Of a stretch of 64,000 nucleotides of DNA, positions 11,148 to 24,949 are shown piece after piece. Numbering within the stretch: the stretch's first letter is position 1; the number at the start of each line of letters is the position of its first letter. The position numbers and the translations under genes were made by a program. The stretch spans positions 9,956,923 to 10,020,922 of the forward strand of contig NC_083449.1 in the NCBI RefSeq assembly GCF_020745735.1. Direction: 5' to 3'. The notes beneath the pieces are model-generated. The model was not told the origin of the DNA and made no database searches. It saw nothing but the letters and a program-made list of their open reading frames with translations. Source of the DNA: Hemiscyllium ocellatum. Its lineage: Eukaryota.

Positions 11148-13107
11148 TCATCTCCCAGACCATCCATAACCTCATCACCTCAGGGGATCTCCCATCCACC
11201 GCCTCCAACTTCATAGTCCCACAACCCCGCACCACCTGTTTCTACCTCCTGCCCAAAATCCACAAACCTGACTGCCCCAGCCGACCCGTTGTCTCAGCCT
11301 GCTCCTGCCCCACTGAACTCATCTCCGCGTACCTCGACACGGTTCTGTCCCCCTTAGTCCAAGAACTCACCACCTACGTTCGGGACACCACCCACGCCCT
11401 CCACCTCCTCCATGATTTTCGCTTCCCCGGTCCCCATATCTTCATGATGGACATCCAGACCCTGGACACCTCCATCCCCCATCACGAAGGACTCAAAGCC
11501 CTCCGCTTCTTCCTTTCCCGCCGCACCAACCAGTACCCTTCCACTGACACCCTCCTTCCACTGACTGAACTGGTCCTCACCCTGAACAACTTCTCTTTCC
11601 AATCCTCCCACTTCCTCCAAACTAAAGGAGTTGCCATGTGCACCCGCATGGGCCCCAGCTATGCCTGTCTCTTCGTAGGATATGTGGAACAGTCCGTCTT
11701 CCGCAACTACACTGGCACCATCCCCCACCTTTTCCTCTGCTACATTGATGACTGTATCGGCGCTGCCTCGTGCTCCCACGAGGAGGTTGAACAGTTCATC
11801 AACTTTACCAACACCTTCCACCCCGACCTCAAATTCACCTGGACTGTCTCAGACTCCTCCCTCCCCTTCCTAGACCTTTCCATTTCTATCTCGGGCGACC
11901 GAATCAACACAGACATCTACTATAAACCGACTGACTCTCACAGCTACCTGGACTGCACCTTCTCCCACCCTGCCCCCTGTAAAAACGCCATCCATATTCC
12001 CAATTCTTTCGTCTTCGCCACATCTGCTCCCAGGAGGACCAGTTGCAATACCGTACAGCCCAGATAGCCTCCTTCTTCAAAGACCGCAGAGTCCCCCCAG
12101 AGGTGATCGACGATGCCCTCCACCGCATCTCCTCCACTTCCCGCTCCTCCGCCCTTGAGCCCCGCCCCTCCAACCGCCACCAGGACAGAACCCCACTGGT
12201 TCTCACCTACTACCCCACCAACCTCCGTATACAGCGTATCATCTGCCGTCATTTCCGCCACCTCCAAACGGACCCCACCACCAGGGATATATTTCCCTCC
12301 CCTCCCCTATCAGCATTCCAAAAAGACCACTCCCTTCGTGACTCCCTCGTCAGGTCCACACCCCCCACCAACCCAACCTACACTCCTGGCACCTTCCCCT
12401 GCAACCGCAGGAAATGCAAAACTTGCGCCCACACCTCCTCCCTTACCTCTCTCCAAGGCCCCAAGGGATCCTTCCACATCCACCACAAATTCACCTGCAC
12501 CTCCACACACATCATCTATTGGATCCGCTGCACCCGATGTGGCCTCCTCTATATTGGGGAGATGGGCCACCTACTTGCGGAACGCTTCAGGGAACACCTC
12601 TGGGACGCTCGGACCAACCAAACCAACCACCCCGTGGCTCAACACTTTAACTCACCCTCCCACTCCACCAAGGACATGCAGGTCCTTGGACTCCTCCATC
12701 ACCAGAACATAACAACACGACGATTGAAGGAAGAGCGCCTCATCTTCCGCCTGGGAACCCTCCAACCACAAGGGATGAACTCAGATTTCTCCAGTTTCCA
12801 CATTTCCCCTCCCCCCACTTTGTCTCAGTCGATTCCCTCTAACTCAGCACCACCCTCCTAACCTGCAATTTTCTTCCTGACCTCTCCGCCCCCACCCCAC
12901 TCCGGCCTATCACCCTCACCCTGACCTCCTTCCACCTATCACATGTCCATCACCCCTCCCCCAAGTCCCTCCTCCCTACCTTTTATCTTAGCCTGCTGGA
13001 CACACTTGCCTCATTCCTGATGAAGGGCTTGTGCCCGAAACGTCGAATTTCCTGTTCCTTGGATGCTGCCTGACCTGCTGCGCTTTAACCAGCAACACAT
13101 TTTCAGC
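11148..13107 (+). mobile_element. Penelope-like element (RT + GIY-YIG endonuclease), 5'-truncated, one frameshift
   Basis: ORFs carry LPKIHK..RPVVS, KGVAMCTRMGP, YIDD, FLD and IYWIRC..YIGE..RFREH; 13-bp TSD TACATGGACTACA (11135-11147, 13108-13120). Confidence 0.93.
13013..13048 (+). ncRNA. Minimal type I hammerhead ribozyme in Penelope pLTR
   Basis: ATTC-CTGATGA-A-GGGC-TTGT-GCCC-GAAA-CG-TC-GAAT: complete catalytic core, stem I ATTC/GAAT, stem II GGGC/GCCC. Confidence 0.85.
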
Positions 13108-13127
13108 TACATGGACTACAGTAAGGC

Positions 13128-14130
13128 TTCTGTAGGAACATAACCCCCGACCAGAGATAAAAGACTCAGGAAGCAGGCAGGATTCAGGCAAGTGGTAGGT
13201 GTTTATTCAAGCAGAAACCAGTTAATGCAGGGGAGAGGGCCAAAGGATTTTCCCCTGAGACTGGCCTCGGTGGACAGATCCATGGCACACTTTGATTTTA
13301 TAATAAAAAAAAGTATTTATTGTACACTTTCTGTGAATAATCACATACAACGTGATTAATATGCTCCTCCCTCTTACTTTGCATACCCTATCCTATGAGA
13401 CACCTCATCAATGATGGGCATCCATTGGACAGCTCCAGGTTCACATGATCTCATGGTGATTAGCAGATACTGTAATCACTCGGCCTTGGGATCTTTCTAT
13501 GTCTCCTATTTGTTCACATTCCAGAGTTACTTGCTATACTGCTTCAGGTTTCTGTCAGTCTAGCTTATCTTGAGGGACACCCTGAATGCTGTTACTCATT
13601 GTATTTAATTTTAATCAAATTCTATTGTTCCTCTTACATGCCCCAAAGTCCTTATATATAGTATATTTTGCATTTTGCATTATTGTTATAAATTTGTAAT
13701 TTTAATTTCTTTTGTAAAAAGTTAGTTAAAATGCGTAAAGTCACACAGTTACAAAACTGAGTAGTATAAGATAACTTTAGCTGTTGCCCCTCAGTTGTTT
13801 TAGGGGATTAATGGGCTGTATCTAACATCTGGTGCCTGTTCATTTACTGGCACAATTCCCTTTCATTTAATGTGGCTGGAGTTACTCGTTCATCAAACCT
13901 TAGGTCTGCTGGTCAGAACTGTTTCGAATGGGAACAGGATGGGTCCTTTTTACTGTCCTCTGCGTGGCTTGTTCAATGGTATCATCATGTCTTACTGTTT
14001 GTGAACAGGTTGATGTGCTTAGTTTCTGCCATTGTCTCTCACGTCCTGCTTTTAATTCTACTTTCCACTTATCAGCTTGTGTTAACAGATATAGGCCACT
14101 CTATTCTGGGAGGTACAGTCCACCCCGAAA
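13128..14130 (-). mobile_element. LTR-like insertion (related to 25885-26700)
   Basis: Interrupts a CR1 fragment (..CAGTAAGGC | GCCTTTGACAA..); AATAAA and TATA on minus strand; homologous to 25885-26350. Confidence 0.55.
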
Positions 14131-14870
14131 GCCTTTGACAAAGTCGCATATAAAAGACTGGTCTAAGACTGGCTCTTGGAGTCTTAAGCAAACTGGATCT
14201 GAAATAAGCTTGCAGACAGGATGCAAAGTGTGATGGTGATGGGTTGTGTTTGTGATTGGAAGCCTGTGACCAGCGGTGTCCCACAGGGCTCAGTGCTGGG
14301 ACACTTGCTGTTTGTTATGTCCGTTAACGACTTGGATGTGAATGTAGAAGGTACAATTACTATATATATATATATATATATATAGATGAGATTTTAGTGC
14401 AAAATGTGTTGGTGCAGGCTTGGAGGGCAAAGGGCATGTGACTGTGCTGTACTCTTCCTTCTTCTTCAACATGAAAATTGACAGCCCTGTTGACAGTGAG
14501 GGGGATGGTCTCAGGCTACAGTGTGAGTACCGCCGGCAGAACAATGGCTCTGATATTCCGGATAAGTGTGAGATAATGCATTTTAGGAGGTCTAACAGGG
14601 GAAAGAATTACACAATGAAGAGTAAGTCCCTAGGGAGTACTGAGGAACAAAGGGACCTTGGTATAGAAGTCTGTAGAGAAATTGGTGGACATTGGTACAA
14701 TTACACCATTTAAAAGGCACCTGGATGGATACAAGAACCCCAGAAGGGTTGAGAGGGATATGAGCCATGTGCTGGCAAATGAGACTGGATTAGTTCAGGA
14801 TATCTGGTTGGCATGGATGAGTCCAGCTGAAGTGTCTGTTTCAGTGCTGTATAAACCTATGACTATGTGG
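14130..14870 (+). mobile_element. CR1 LINE fragments (continuation of 11100-11147)
   Basis: AFDKV, SGVPQGSVLG, KCEIMHF, EQRDLG motifs and 3' tail; includes (TA)n at ~14361-14383. Confidence 0.8.
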
Positions 14871-15060
14871 GTGTGAATAATAAGATTTATTGGAAATGGG
14901 GTGATGTGCATGGAGAATGGAGAGAGATAAAACATTGTAATTCCTTGATGGTATTTAACTCTTTGTTTGAAACGTTCCTTCTGGAAATTGAGCTTAATCT
15001 AATTCAAACTGCTCTGTGACTGTTGAAACGACGTTCTTTAGTCTGACAATGGTAACTTAC

Positions 15061-15136
15061 TTGCTGTTTGTTAGACGGAACTGGTCACACTTGGCTTTGC
15101 CCCGAGGGAATGTATCTTGGTCCTTCAAGTATTTGT
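15061..15136 (-). other. Exon-like cassette, copy A1 (76 nt)
   Basis: TCTTCCTCCAG| ... CAA|GTAAGT; paralog of the 82-nt cassettes with an in-frame 6-nt deletion. Confidence 0.5.
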
Positions 15137-15404
15137 CTGGAGGAAGACAGATGAGATATCTCCTGTAAATCAACATTAAGTTTGACAGTATCAAAATGCA
15201 TCATTCATTTAATAATCATTAGGATGTTTTTCTTTCAAACCAGCAAGTCCAATAGAACTACAGGTCTGATTCTATTCTTGGCCTGAGCTGCTCTTTGTCT
15301 GGTGATTGTAATAAAAATATCTGTACCAATTCACTGAGAACCAGATACAAACCAACACCTCCACAATGGGGCTACCCAATACAAGTGTGTATCTGGATCT
15401 GTTT

Positions 15405-16565
15405 CCTTATCAATCCATACCTGTCAGTTCCTGCAAGGTGAATGTGGGAGTACGGCTGTTAACCTGTACCTGTCAGTATAGGCCGTGCAAATGTGTGAGT
15501 GAATGTAGTTATCAATCTGTCCTTGTCACACTCTGGTAAATATATTTACATTTTGACAATGCAGAGACTGACAGGGACAGATCAATAACTACATTCATAT
15601 ATCCACATAGAATAAACTTATAGGTACAGGTTGTTAGTGCATTTTATACAAATAAAATCAGTCCCTATGTGTTTCACTGATGAGAGTTTAGTCATCAATA
15701 TGTACCTATCAGTTTCTGCCCTGCGAATGTGTGAGTTTACATACCAATATGTCCTGAACAGTTTCTACTGTGTATCTGTTTGTGTAGTTATCAACCTGAA
15801 CCTGTCAGTTTCAGCTATGAGAACGTGAGTGTCATTATCAGTATCCACTTGTCAGTTTCTGCTGTATGCATATTAAGTGCAGTCATCAAATTTCAGTTTT
15901 TTCTGTGTGAATGTAGATATTGATCTCTATTTGTCTGCTTTAGCTATACCAATGTATGAATGTGATTATCACCTGTACCTGTCAGGTTTTGCTATTTGAC
16001 ACCAGAGAGTGTCTTTGTCAAACTGCTTCCACCACGTCAATTTGAGAGAGTCAATACCAACCTGTCCCTGTCGGTTTATTTCCTGTCAATATGTGAATAC
16101 AGTTACTGATCAGTATCCATCAGATACTGCTATGAATATTAGTGTATTAATTAAATGTAGTGGTCAGTTTCAGCGATGTGAATGTGGGAGTACAGTTATC
16201 ATTCTCTGTCAATTTCTTCTTTGTCAAAGTGAATGTAACTCAATCTGTACCTTTCAGACTCTGCTGCGTGAATACATAAATAAAGTTATCAATCTGCAGC
16301 TGTCAGTTTCTGCTTGGTGAATATGTTTATGTAATTGTCAATCTATCCCTGCTATGTGAATGTGTGAGCTGAGTTTTCATCTGTTGCTATCAGCTTCTGC
16401 TTTGTGAATGTGAGAATTTAGCTATCAATATTACCCTGTCAAGCTCTGTAATTACCATGTTTTGAGTGTATGTATTCATCTTTTCCTGTCCGTTTGTGTG
16501 ACTGTAGTTATCAGCCTGTACCCCTCAGATTCTACTATACGAACATAAGACTGCAGTTATTCATT
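15405..16565. repeat. 47-49 bp minisatellite array (two units inverted at ~15560-15630)
   Basis: Same TTATCAATCTGTACCTGTCAGTTTCTG core. Confidence 0.85.
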
Positions 16566-17108
16566 TAATTTGATCATTGTTATCACATGTCCTAAGATAA
16601 ATTGAAAAGTATTGTTTTGGGCACATTTCAGATCATCTCATCCAAAGTCCATCAAGGTAATAGAACAGAATACAGTGTTAAAGCTGCAGAGAAGGTGCTG
16701 ACAGAGAATAGCATCAAAATTTAGAGGTCCATTCAAAAGTCTAATGGTAGCGGATAAGCAGTTGTTGAATCTGTTGGATGGTGTATTCGAACTTCTGTAT
16801 TTTCTACCTGACAGACCAGGGTGGAGGAGCGTTTAACTGGGGTCGGATTTGTCTTTCATGTTGCTGGTTGCTTTTCCGAGATGGGGGAGTTGGAATTGGA
16901 GCCTTTGGATGGAAGGCTGCTTTCAGTGATGGACTGGGCTGAGTCGCACCTCTCTGTAGTTTCTTGTGGTCTTGGGCAGAACAGAAGCCATACTACGCTG
17001 TGACCCATCCAAATAGGATGCTTTCTGTGGTGCATCTATAAGAGTTTGCAAGAGTCTTTATGGACATGCTGAATTCCCTTAGCCATCTGAGGAAATCTGC
17101 TTGGTGAA
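16565..17108 (-). mobile_element. Non-LTR retrotransposon 3' fragment (Rex1/L2-like)
   Basis: FLRWLREF..LANSYRCTTESILFGWVTA-like C-terminal motif. Confidence 0.6.
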
Positions 17109-17109
17109 C

Positions 17110-17708
17110 GTCATAGAGATGTACAGCACTGAAACAGACCCTTCGGTCCAACTTGTCCATGCCAACTAGATATCCCAACCCAATCTAGTCCCACCTGGCA
17201 GCACCCAGCCCATATCCCTCCAAATATTTCCTTTTCATATACCCATCTCGATGCCTTTTAAATGCTGCAATTGTACTAGCCTCCACCACTTCCTCCTGGC
17301 AGGTCATTCCATACAAATACCACCCTCTGCATGAAAACGTGCCCCTTCTAGATTTTTTTCCCTCTCATCCTTACCCTATGCCCTCTTGTTCTGGACTCCC
17401 CCACCCCAGGGAAAAGACTTTGTGTATTTATCCGATCCATGCCCATCATGATTTTATAAACCTCTATAACGTCACCCCTCAGCCTCTGATGCTCCAGGGA
17501 AAATAGTCCTAGCCTATTCAATCTCTCCCAATAACTCAAACCCTCCAAACCTGGCAACATCCTTGTAAATATTTTCTGAACCCTTTCAAGATTCACAATA
17601 TCATTCCTACAGGAAGGAGACCAGAATCGCATGCAATATTCCAACAGTGGCCTAACCAATATCATGTACAGCTACAAAGTAACCTCCCAACAACTGTACT
17701 CAATACTG
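17110..17708 (-). mobile_element. CR1/HER1 LINE 3' fragment
   Basis: LVRPLLEYC..LERVQ..RLRGD..RTRGH motifs, TCTATGA tail. Confidence 0.9.
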
Positions 17709-17974
17709 ATGTGTTTGGGTAATTGTCAATCTAAGTCTGCCAGGTTCTGCTACGTGAATTTGAGAATTTACTTTTTAACAGTCCCTGTCAATTTTTGCTT
17801 CATTAATGTTTTGCTTAGTTGAGAACCCTTCCCGGTCAGGCTCTGTAATGTAAATGTGAGTGCATTTATCAATACTTGCACAACAGATTTTCTTTTGTGA
17901 ACATGTGAATGTGGTTATCAATTTTCCCTGGTAGTTTCTGCTCTGTGAGTATGAAAGTGTAGTTATTAATCTCA

Positions 17975-18555
17975 ATGAAAACCAAAAGAACTGCAGATGC
18001 TGGAAATCAGAAACTAAAACAAATTGCTGGAAAATCTCAGCAGGTCAGACAGAGTCTGTGGACAGAAATTAGAGTTGTAATTTCCAGTCCAGTAACTCTT
18101 CCTGTGAAGGAATGGTAGCCAGGAAAATATTAGATTTTCTGCAGAAGATAGGGTGTGTTGAAGGGTAAGGGAGTAAATGGTGGATGGATATAGAATCCAA
18201 AGAGACGGAAGAACAGTTGAACAGATAAACTAGTGGATCACAGTCAGACAAGGATGGTAATAGCTATTAATAGAGACTGTTAGTGAGTTTGAGACAGTTG
18301 TTGGCCAGGGTACAGGGTGGTGTGTTGAAGTGGCATGCAACTAGAAGCTCAGGGACATTTTGTTCTGGACAGAATGTAGGTGTTCTGCGCAGTGGACACC
18401 CAATCTACACTCAGTTTCCCCAGCATAGAGAAGACCAAATGGTAGCTAGGAAAATGCACACAATCAATTCTGAGGATGGGTCACTAGACCTCAAATGTTA
18501 AGTCTGATTTCCCTCCACCAATGCTGCAAAACCTGTGGATTTTCTAGCAATTTTT
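17975..18555. mobile_element. Degenerate Penelope-like remnant with inverted terminal piece, inserted in minisatellite
   Basis: Inverted CTGCAGATGCTGG..CAGCAGGTC tail and decayed hammerhead (CTGAGGA..CAAATGTTA); GTTATTAAT on both sides. Confidence 0.55.
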
Positions 18556-19070
18556 GTTATTAATTTCTATCTGTCAGTTTCTGTGCTGTAAACAGGAGTG
18601 TCATTTATCAAACCGTGCATGTCAATGTAGGCGATTTGAAACAGGGTGTGTTATTAATCTGTTCCAATAAGTTTTGATAATGACAATGTAGTTATCAGTC
18701 TTCCTCTGAGATGTCCTGCCATGTGCACTGATTGAGCAATCTGTCCCTGTTATATTCTGCTCTGGGTATCTCAGCATAGAGTTATGAAGATGCATCTGTC
18801 AGCATCTTATTTATAAATGTGTAAATGTATTAACCAGACTGTAGCTGCCAATGTTTGCTAAGTGAATGTGTTAGTTTAGTTGTGTATGTGAGTGTGTGTG
18901 TGTTTGTATTTATGGATCATTCTCTCCCTTTCAGTTTCTGCAGAGTGAATATGTGAGAGCAGCTATCAATCTACACCTGTCAGTTTCTGTTGTGTCCACA
19001 TGGGTGTTTTGGAATTGATCTAAACTTGTCAGTTTCTGCTGTGTGACTGTGAGAGTCAAGTACTCAATCA
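18555..19070. repeat. 47-49 bp minisatellite array (also 17710-17972)
   Basis: Same repeat core. Confidence 0.75.
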
Positions 19071-19159
19071 GTGCCAACTACTTTCAATTCTTTTATGCAT
19101 GAAAGTTGCTTAATTCTCTGGCAGCCAATAATATTCTAAGAGTCCAATCATCACCAGGA

Positions 19160-19336
19160 ATCTATGGTTGATTGTCAGGAAAACCCATCTGGTTCACTAA
19201 TGTCCTGTAAGGAAACTGCCATCCTTGTGTCTCCAGACCCTCAGCAATGTGGTTGACTCATAACTACCCCCTGAGCAGTTAGGCATGGGCAATAAATACT
19301 GGCCTAGCCAGTGATGCCCTCATCCCATGAATGAAT
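19160..19336 (+). mobile_element. SacSINE1/DeuSINE-like fragment
   Basis: AAAACCCATCTGGTTCACTAATGTCC..CAGCAATGTGGTTGACTC..GGGCAATAAA..CATCCCATGAATGAAT. Confidence 0.75.
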
Positions 19337-21512
19337 TTAGGAAAAATAATCCTCTGTGACTGAGATTCATTCTGTGATAGTAGTTTTTAATGGACCTTAA
19401 ACTCTTCTGCATTTTGAGATTTATGACAGAGTCACAGAATTGAAACAGCCATTCAGTCCATTATGTCTGTACTGGGACATTCTGTTGTTCATCTGTTCTC
19501 CATACTAATTTCCACTAACTGTTGGGTGTCTGAACTTCATCTACTCACGGCCAGTATCTCAAGGTAAATGCTAATGTGAGATTAGTTCTGCTGTATTCTG
19601 CCATTGAATAACTGTAGTGCCAGGTTGGTTTTGTATGCAACAGCATCAGGTGGAATGAGTGAATTTCATTCGTTTTACACGTTGAGTTGTATTTGTTTGG
19701 TCTGAGTGTTGGATAAAATCAATCAATATTCACTAACACTTTATGTTTGAGGGATTAATGTTGGTTCAATGTTTACCTTTTGCCATGAATCTGAATGTCA
19801 TTGTTTTCAGACTTTTTTTCATTTTGCGTATGCAGGAGTCTTTATCAGTTGCTGCTGGACACTGTAAGATGTAACATCTAACACTAACTGAAGCGATTAA
19901 TGGTTTGGTGAGTCAATTTATAACTGTCTATATTTGGAAATACCTGGGCCTAAATTTCATTCTTTTTTCCCTTTGAATGTGTGTGTGGATAAAGTGTGTT
20001 TGCATCCGCACCAGGCCAAGAATGAGAACTGAATTCAATCGATCAGTTTCTGATACTTGATACCAGTATAGTGCTTATTCTTGGTTATTGTATTTCACAG
20101 TGGTTCAGTGTCGTCTAAATTGAAACATGTCAGTTTTTAAAATTGTTTAAACTTCTGCTATTTGACACAAATGAGGTTGTATCCATTTCCACTGGAGTCA
20201 GCTCCCGTCAGTGAAAGTGGATGAGTTTCTATATCTGCTAATATTTGCCCTTGTACATGTAGTTGGATAATGTCCACAGCCTATATTCTTTAGTATTAGA
20301 GCGTATAGGATTCATGGACAGGGGAACATGTTTCTGTGCTTTTCTTCAGAATCAAGGGGAGAAAAGCAATAGACTTTTGTAATTCCTATAGTGCAGGAAC
20401 ACTGGGGATATCAAGGTCTGGTTTTCAGGATGCTATCAATTTTGGATTGTGACATATTTTAACCAATGAATTAATGATCAGTCTTAACCAAATCAATGTT
20501 CAACTAAATGAACATTTCAACTGCATTGCAGCTGACTGAAGACAATGCTCCTTGTGCAGAAAAGAGAATTGGCCAATTCTATTTTATTTACCAATCTGGA
20601 CAGGATCTGGTGCAAGCCATTAGCAGTATTCTTGTGTTGGTCTCTAGTATGGCTGGGAAAACAAAAGATATTTTATTTTCCACTCTCGGTGAAGAATATT
20701 TAAACAGTCAAATTCAATTTACTGAACAAACAACTCTTGGTGGCTAAAATAAAAGAAGCAGCTTGACAAACCTATCATTTCTGGCTTTTTCTTTCCTTCT
20801 GCACTGCTTTAAATAGTAATGATCTGATCCCATTGACTCCTTGACAAAACCATATCCTGATTCCTTGATTTTTTTGTAGTTTAAGGAAGAGATAGTCAAG
20901 ATGAATGCAGGCTTCTTCATAGATTTCTTGAAACAAATTTTGAAAAAGACACAGAATAAGAAAAACTTTTTTCCTGGACTGAAATAAAACTCCTACAAAA
21001 TGATGAAATGGAGAATGGCATTATGACACAGTTGGGGATGTCAACTTCTCTGCTCCCATGAAAGATCTATGGAAATGGAATTCTCATTGAGTTAACAATT
21101 CTAATCCCTTTCAATCAACTGTGTTGTTATAGACTGTTTTTGATCAGTGCAGATTTAATAAGTTGAATAGATGTATTCTGTCATGTCAATCTCTTTGACT
21201 TGAGATCGGAGAGTAGAAAGCAGTTTGATGCAATGTTTTCTGCTAGTTGCGGTGTATATGGATCTTCATCACTGTTAGATGTAGTAATTTGTATTTCAGG
21301 ATGGTATACAAATTTGCAACTATTGTAAATCAGTCAGTAACTCTGTGAGAGATAGAATGGTGTGTGCGCCTGTGCAAGCACACATATGGGGGTGAGATGG
21401 AGATGGTGGTTGTGGGTGTGTATACACGTGATGAGCACTCTCTCGACATCAGGCTTTGGCCCAGAGATTCATTTGGAATTTACATAGTTTAATTGTTGTG
21501 TCTTTTCCGGGT

Positions 21513-21820
21513 GGGCAGCACGGTGGCACAGTGGTTAGCACTGCTGCCTCACAGCGCCAGAGACCAGGATTCAATTCCTGCCTCAGGCGATTGACTGTGT
21601 GGAGTTTGCACATTCTCCCCGTGTCTCCGTGGGTTTCCTCTGGGTGCTCCGGTTTCCTCCCACAGTCCAAAAAAGTGTGCAGGTTAGGTGAATTGGCCAT
21701 GCTAATTGCCCGTAGTGTTAGGTGTAGGGGAATGGGTCTGGGTGGGTGCGCTTCGGCAGGTCGGTGTGGAGTTGTTGGGCCGAAGGGCCTGTTTCCACAC
21801 TGTAAGTAATCTAATCTAAT
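21513..21820 (+). mobile_element. HE1 V-SINE, near full length
   Basis: tRNA-derived head with A/B boxes, V-domain, LINE-like 3' end, (AATCT)n tail. Confidence 0.92.
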
Positions 21821-22255
21821 GATTTATCAAAAATGTAATTTTGACTTTCTCAGTTACTGAAAATATCAAAGTTGCCTTCTGCATCTGCACTCAATATCTT
21901 CTTCATCTATTCCTGTTGTAACAATGTGACAGCATGACTTGTTTGTTCACCTTGATTGGAACTTTAAAAGTGCCTTTACTATATGTGGACTAATGTAATT
22001 CCTGAAAGTATATTTCATATGAGGATACAACCTATCCCTCTTGTGATGTTGCAAATGATAATTAGCTACGCATAATGGAATTTATTGGAACTGAGCTTTT
22101 GAGCATTGAGTATAAAGAGATTTTTAACAAAATATTTCATCAGTTGTGTCTGACTCTTGGATTGAATGGATACTTCTGGAAATTGAGCTCAATGTGTGTC
22201 TGACTCAATCCACTCTGTGGAAAGGGTGTTCTCCAATCTGACATCTGTAACATAC

Positions 22256-22337
22256 CTGCTGGTTGGTAGAAGCAAATGGTCATACTTGGCTTTGTACTGA
22301 GAAAATATTACATCATCTTGGTCCATCAAACATTTGC
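22256..22337 (-). other. Exon-like cassette, copy B1 (82 nt)
   Basis: TTTTCTTCCTCCAG|GC...CAG|GTATGT; open frame GKCLMDQDDVIFSQYKAKYDHLLLPTS; ~580 bp downstream of the phase-1 donor at 22914. Confidence 0.55.
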
Positions 22338-22749
22338 CTGGAGGAAGAAAAGAGATATCATTTCTGAGTAGAAAGACATCAACTGATCAACACAACATTC
22401 AGGTCATGATCATGATACTTCTGTTTTTAAACAAAGCAAGGACTGATTACGAAGCAACACTGATTTCCTCCCAATCTTTTTCTGTTTGCGAAATTCTGAA
22501 ACAATTTACTCAGATGAAAGAAAACTAACCAACATATGCACAGCTCCAAATATAGACTGATGACACAGTTCAATATTCAACTCCCCCAAAAAAACACTAA
22601 CTGCTGAAGGAAGAACAATGGGCACTTTTATCACATTTAGGTACACTGCCCTTTATTTCCCAACAATTCAATGTCTATTCGCAACAAACAGCGGGAAACA
22701 GAAGCCAGCAATGAATTCCCATCAATGTTTAGGGAATTAAGAACCACAA

Positions 22750-23125
22750 GAATGTCCCACAGCAGCTTCTTCCCGCTCTGCCTCCCTCAGCAGGCCCACA
22801 CACAGCCCGAGAAAGGCCTCTCTCTTCCCCCCAGCCCGCTCACTCCAAGTTCCGGGCCCAGTTCCTGCTCCGCTCGGCCTCTTACAAACAGCCCCCGGTT
22901 CTCCCTGAACTCACCCCGAATCAATCCCGGTCTCGGAGCCCCCTCTGTGTCCCAGGCTCCCATCCCGATGTGCTGCTGGAAGGAGCCTGCTGTTCCCTCC
23001 CTTCCCTGGGCGCTGATCTCTCCATTGCGGTCTGTTTCAAACAAACCTCTTGTACTCACTGAGTAAATGCTGCTCAATGGCAGTGCGGGGTGGGGGGGGC
23101 GGGGGGAGGTCCTCACGCATGCGCT
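22750..23125 (-). other. Conserved GC-rich block, copy 2 (putative exon 1 + promoter)
   Basis: Near-identical to 401-770; ATG 22963, donor GTGAGT 22914-22909, NRF1-like CGCATGCGC 23116-23124; H4 absent next to this copy. Confidence 0.55.
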
Positions 23126-24034
23126 CCTCTGGTCAGGAACAGTCAGCTTTGGGGAAGGGACTGTAGCGCGCTCGCGCTGCTTTCCCAATGCTTCCCAGAA
23201 ACAAACACCAATTGGTTATTTTCCCCAATTCCATTTTCTCCCAGTTTGACCAAAGGAACTGGGACTGTAGGGGAAAGGGCAGAGAAGATTTCAAGCTGGG
23301 ACATTGAGTTCATTCCCGGGTCATGTTAATAACTCCTCCCTCCGGCTCTCTCACAATCTGATCAGGGAGCGGAGAAACTGGCGGCCACTCGGCCCATCCC
23401 CTGTGCTCCCCCATTCGATAACATCACGTCTGATCTTATGTTAACTGTGGTGTGCAATAACGTCTCTGATTCTCGATTTAGTGTATAGTGGACAACAGAT
23501 GTTAGTGTCAGGTATGCTGCAGACAGAAACCTTGCGATGTATTGTATGCCACAACGAGAGACCCCAGGTGTTTTTGGGTCTTCACTCTGGGGACATGGAC
23601 GTCGCTGGCTGAGCTTCGCCTTTATTCCCCTTTGAGCAGGCGGTGGTGACCACCTTCTGGAACACCTGTTGTCCATGTGCTGCCCACAATGCCATGAGCA
23701 GGGAATTCCAGGGTCTTGATCAAGTGGAGTGAAGGAAAGGGGATATATTTTCAAGTGATTATGGTGTGTGGCTTAGAGAGAAACTTGCCCTCTATCAAGG
23801 TGATGTCTCCCTACATCAACTGCATTTAACTTTTCTGATGGAGATTACCCTGAGTTTGGAAAGTTTTACAATTTACAAATTATTACTTTTGTAAACTTAA
23901 CAAAACTTTAGGGTTCTGTGAGATAATATTTCATCCCAAGAATAGGCATACAAATTGGGAAGAAAATAAACAGACAAACATGAAGCCTGGGAACAATTTA
24001 GAATTCATGGCAGAGGAGATGACCTGGGGGTTGC

Positions 24035-24510
24035 AGTGAGAGAGAAACTCATTGAGATCTTTGTAGAGAGAAGGGGAGAACTTCTTCAAGGTAGCATCTT
24101 TGCAAGACGATTCATTGTAAGCTTAGAATTAACATTGTGGACTTCACCAGTTTCCATATTTCCCCTCCCCTCACCTTACACCAGCTCTAACCTGCCAGCT
24201 CAGCAGCATCATCATGACCTGTCCTACCTGCCAATCTCCCTTCACATCTATCCACTCCACCCACCTCTCTGACCCATCACCTTCATCCCCATGTCCATCC
24301 ATCTATTAAACTCTTAACTACCTTCTCCCCAGCACCATCCTGCTCCCATTTATCTCTCCACCCTGGAGGCTCCCAGCCTCATTCCTGATGAAAGGCTTTT
24401 GCCAGAAACGTCGATTTTCCTGCTCCTCGGATGCTGCCTGACCTGCTGCGCTTTTCCAGCACCACTCTAATCTTACCTCTGATCTTCAACATCTGCAATC
24501 CTCATTTTTG
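24035..24510 (+). mobile_element. Penelope-like 3' fragment with hammerhead (24381-24416)
   Basis: C-rich 3' region, ATTC-CTGATGA-AAGGC-TTTT-GCCA-GAAA-CGTC-GATT and the same tail as 13050-13107. Confidence 0.8.
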
Positions 24511-24949
24511 CCACAATTTAGAATTCAGCAAACGATGAGATAAAGGGCATTGCTTTAGAAAGAGAAAATGAGGACTGGAGTAAGTTTGCAGATATTTTGA
24601 AAAAGAAATAACTGTCAAAGTACTGATAAATGTGTAAAGGTGAAATGGAAAAAAAAAACATGGGTTGGTGACCACAAAGATAGGTCTCTTACGATCAAAA
24701 AAAGGCAGTCCACATTAGGGAGCAAAAATGGCCATCTATTCATATATGTAACCGTTTTTCACTGATCACAAAGAACGACACAAATGATGCACCAGGAATG
24801 TTGGGGAACACAGAGTTCAGAGAGAGGGAAAAACTGAAACAAATCAGTATTGTTTGGAAAATTGTGTTGGGTCTATGGATAAGATTGAAGCTGGGAAACA
24901 GCAGGGCCTGGTCATCCACATCCCAGAGTACTTAACATTGTGGTTACAG

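Noticed and set aside
20508-20747. 79-aa ORF in a duplicated spacer block
   Set aside because: The paralog at ~44250-44460 does not keep the frame; no recognisable domain.
21513-21590. tRNA gene
   Set aside because: tRNA-derived head of an HE1 SINE, followed by V-domain and LINE-like tail.
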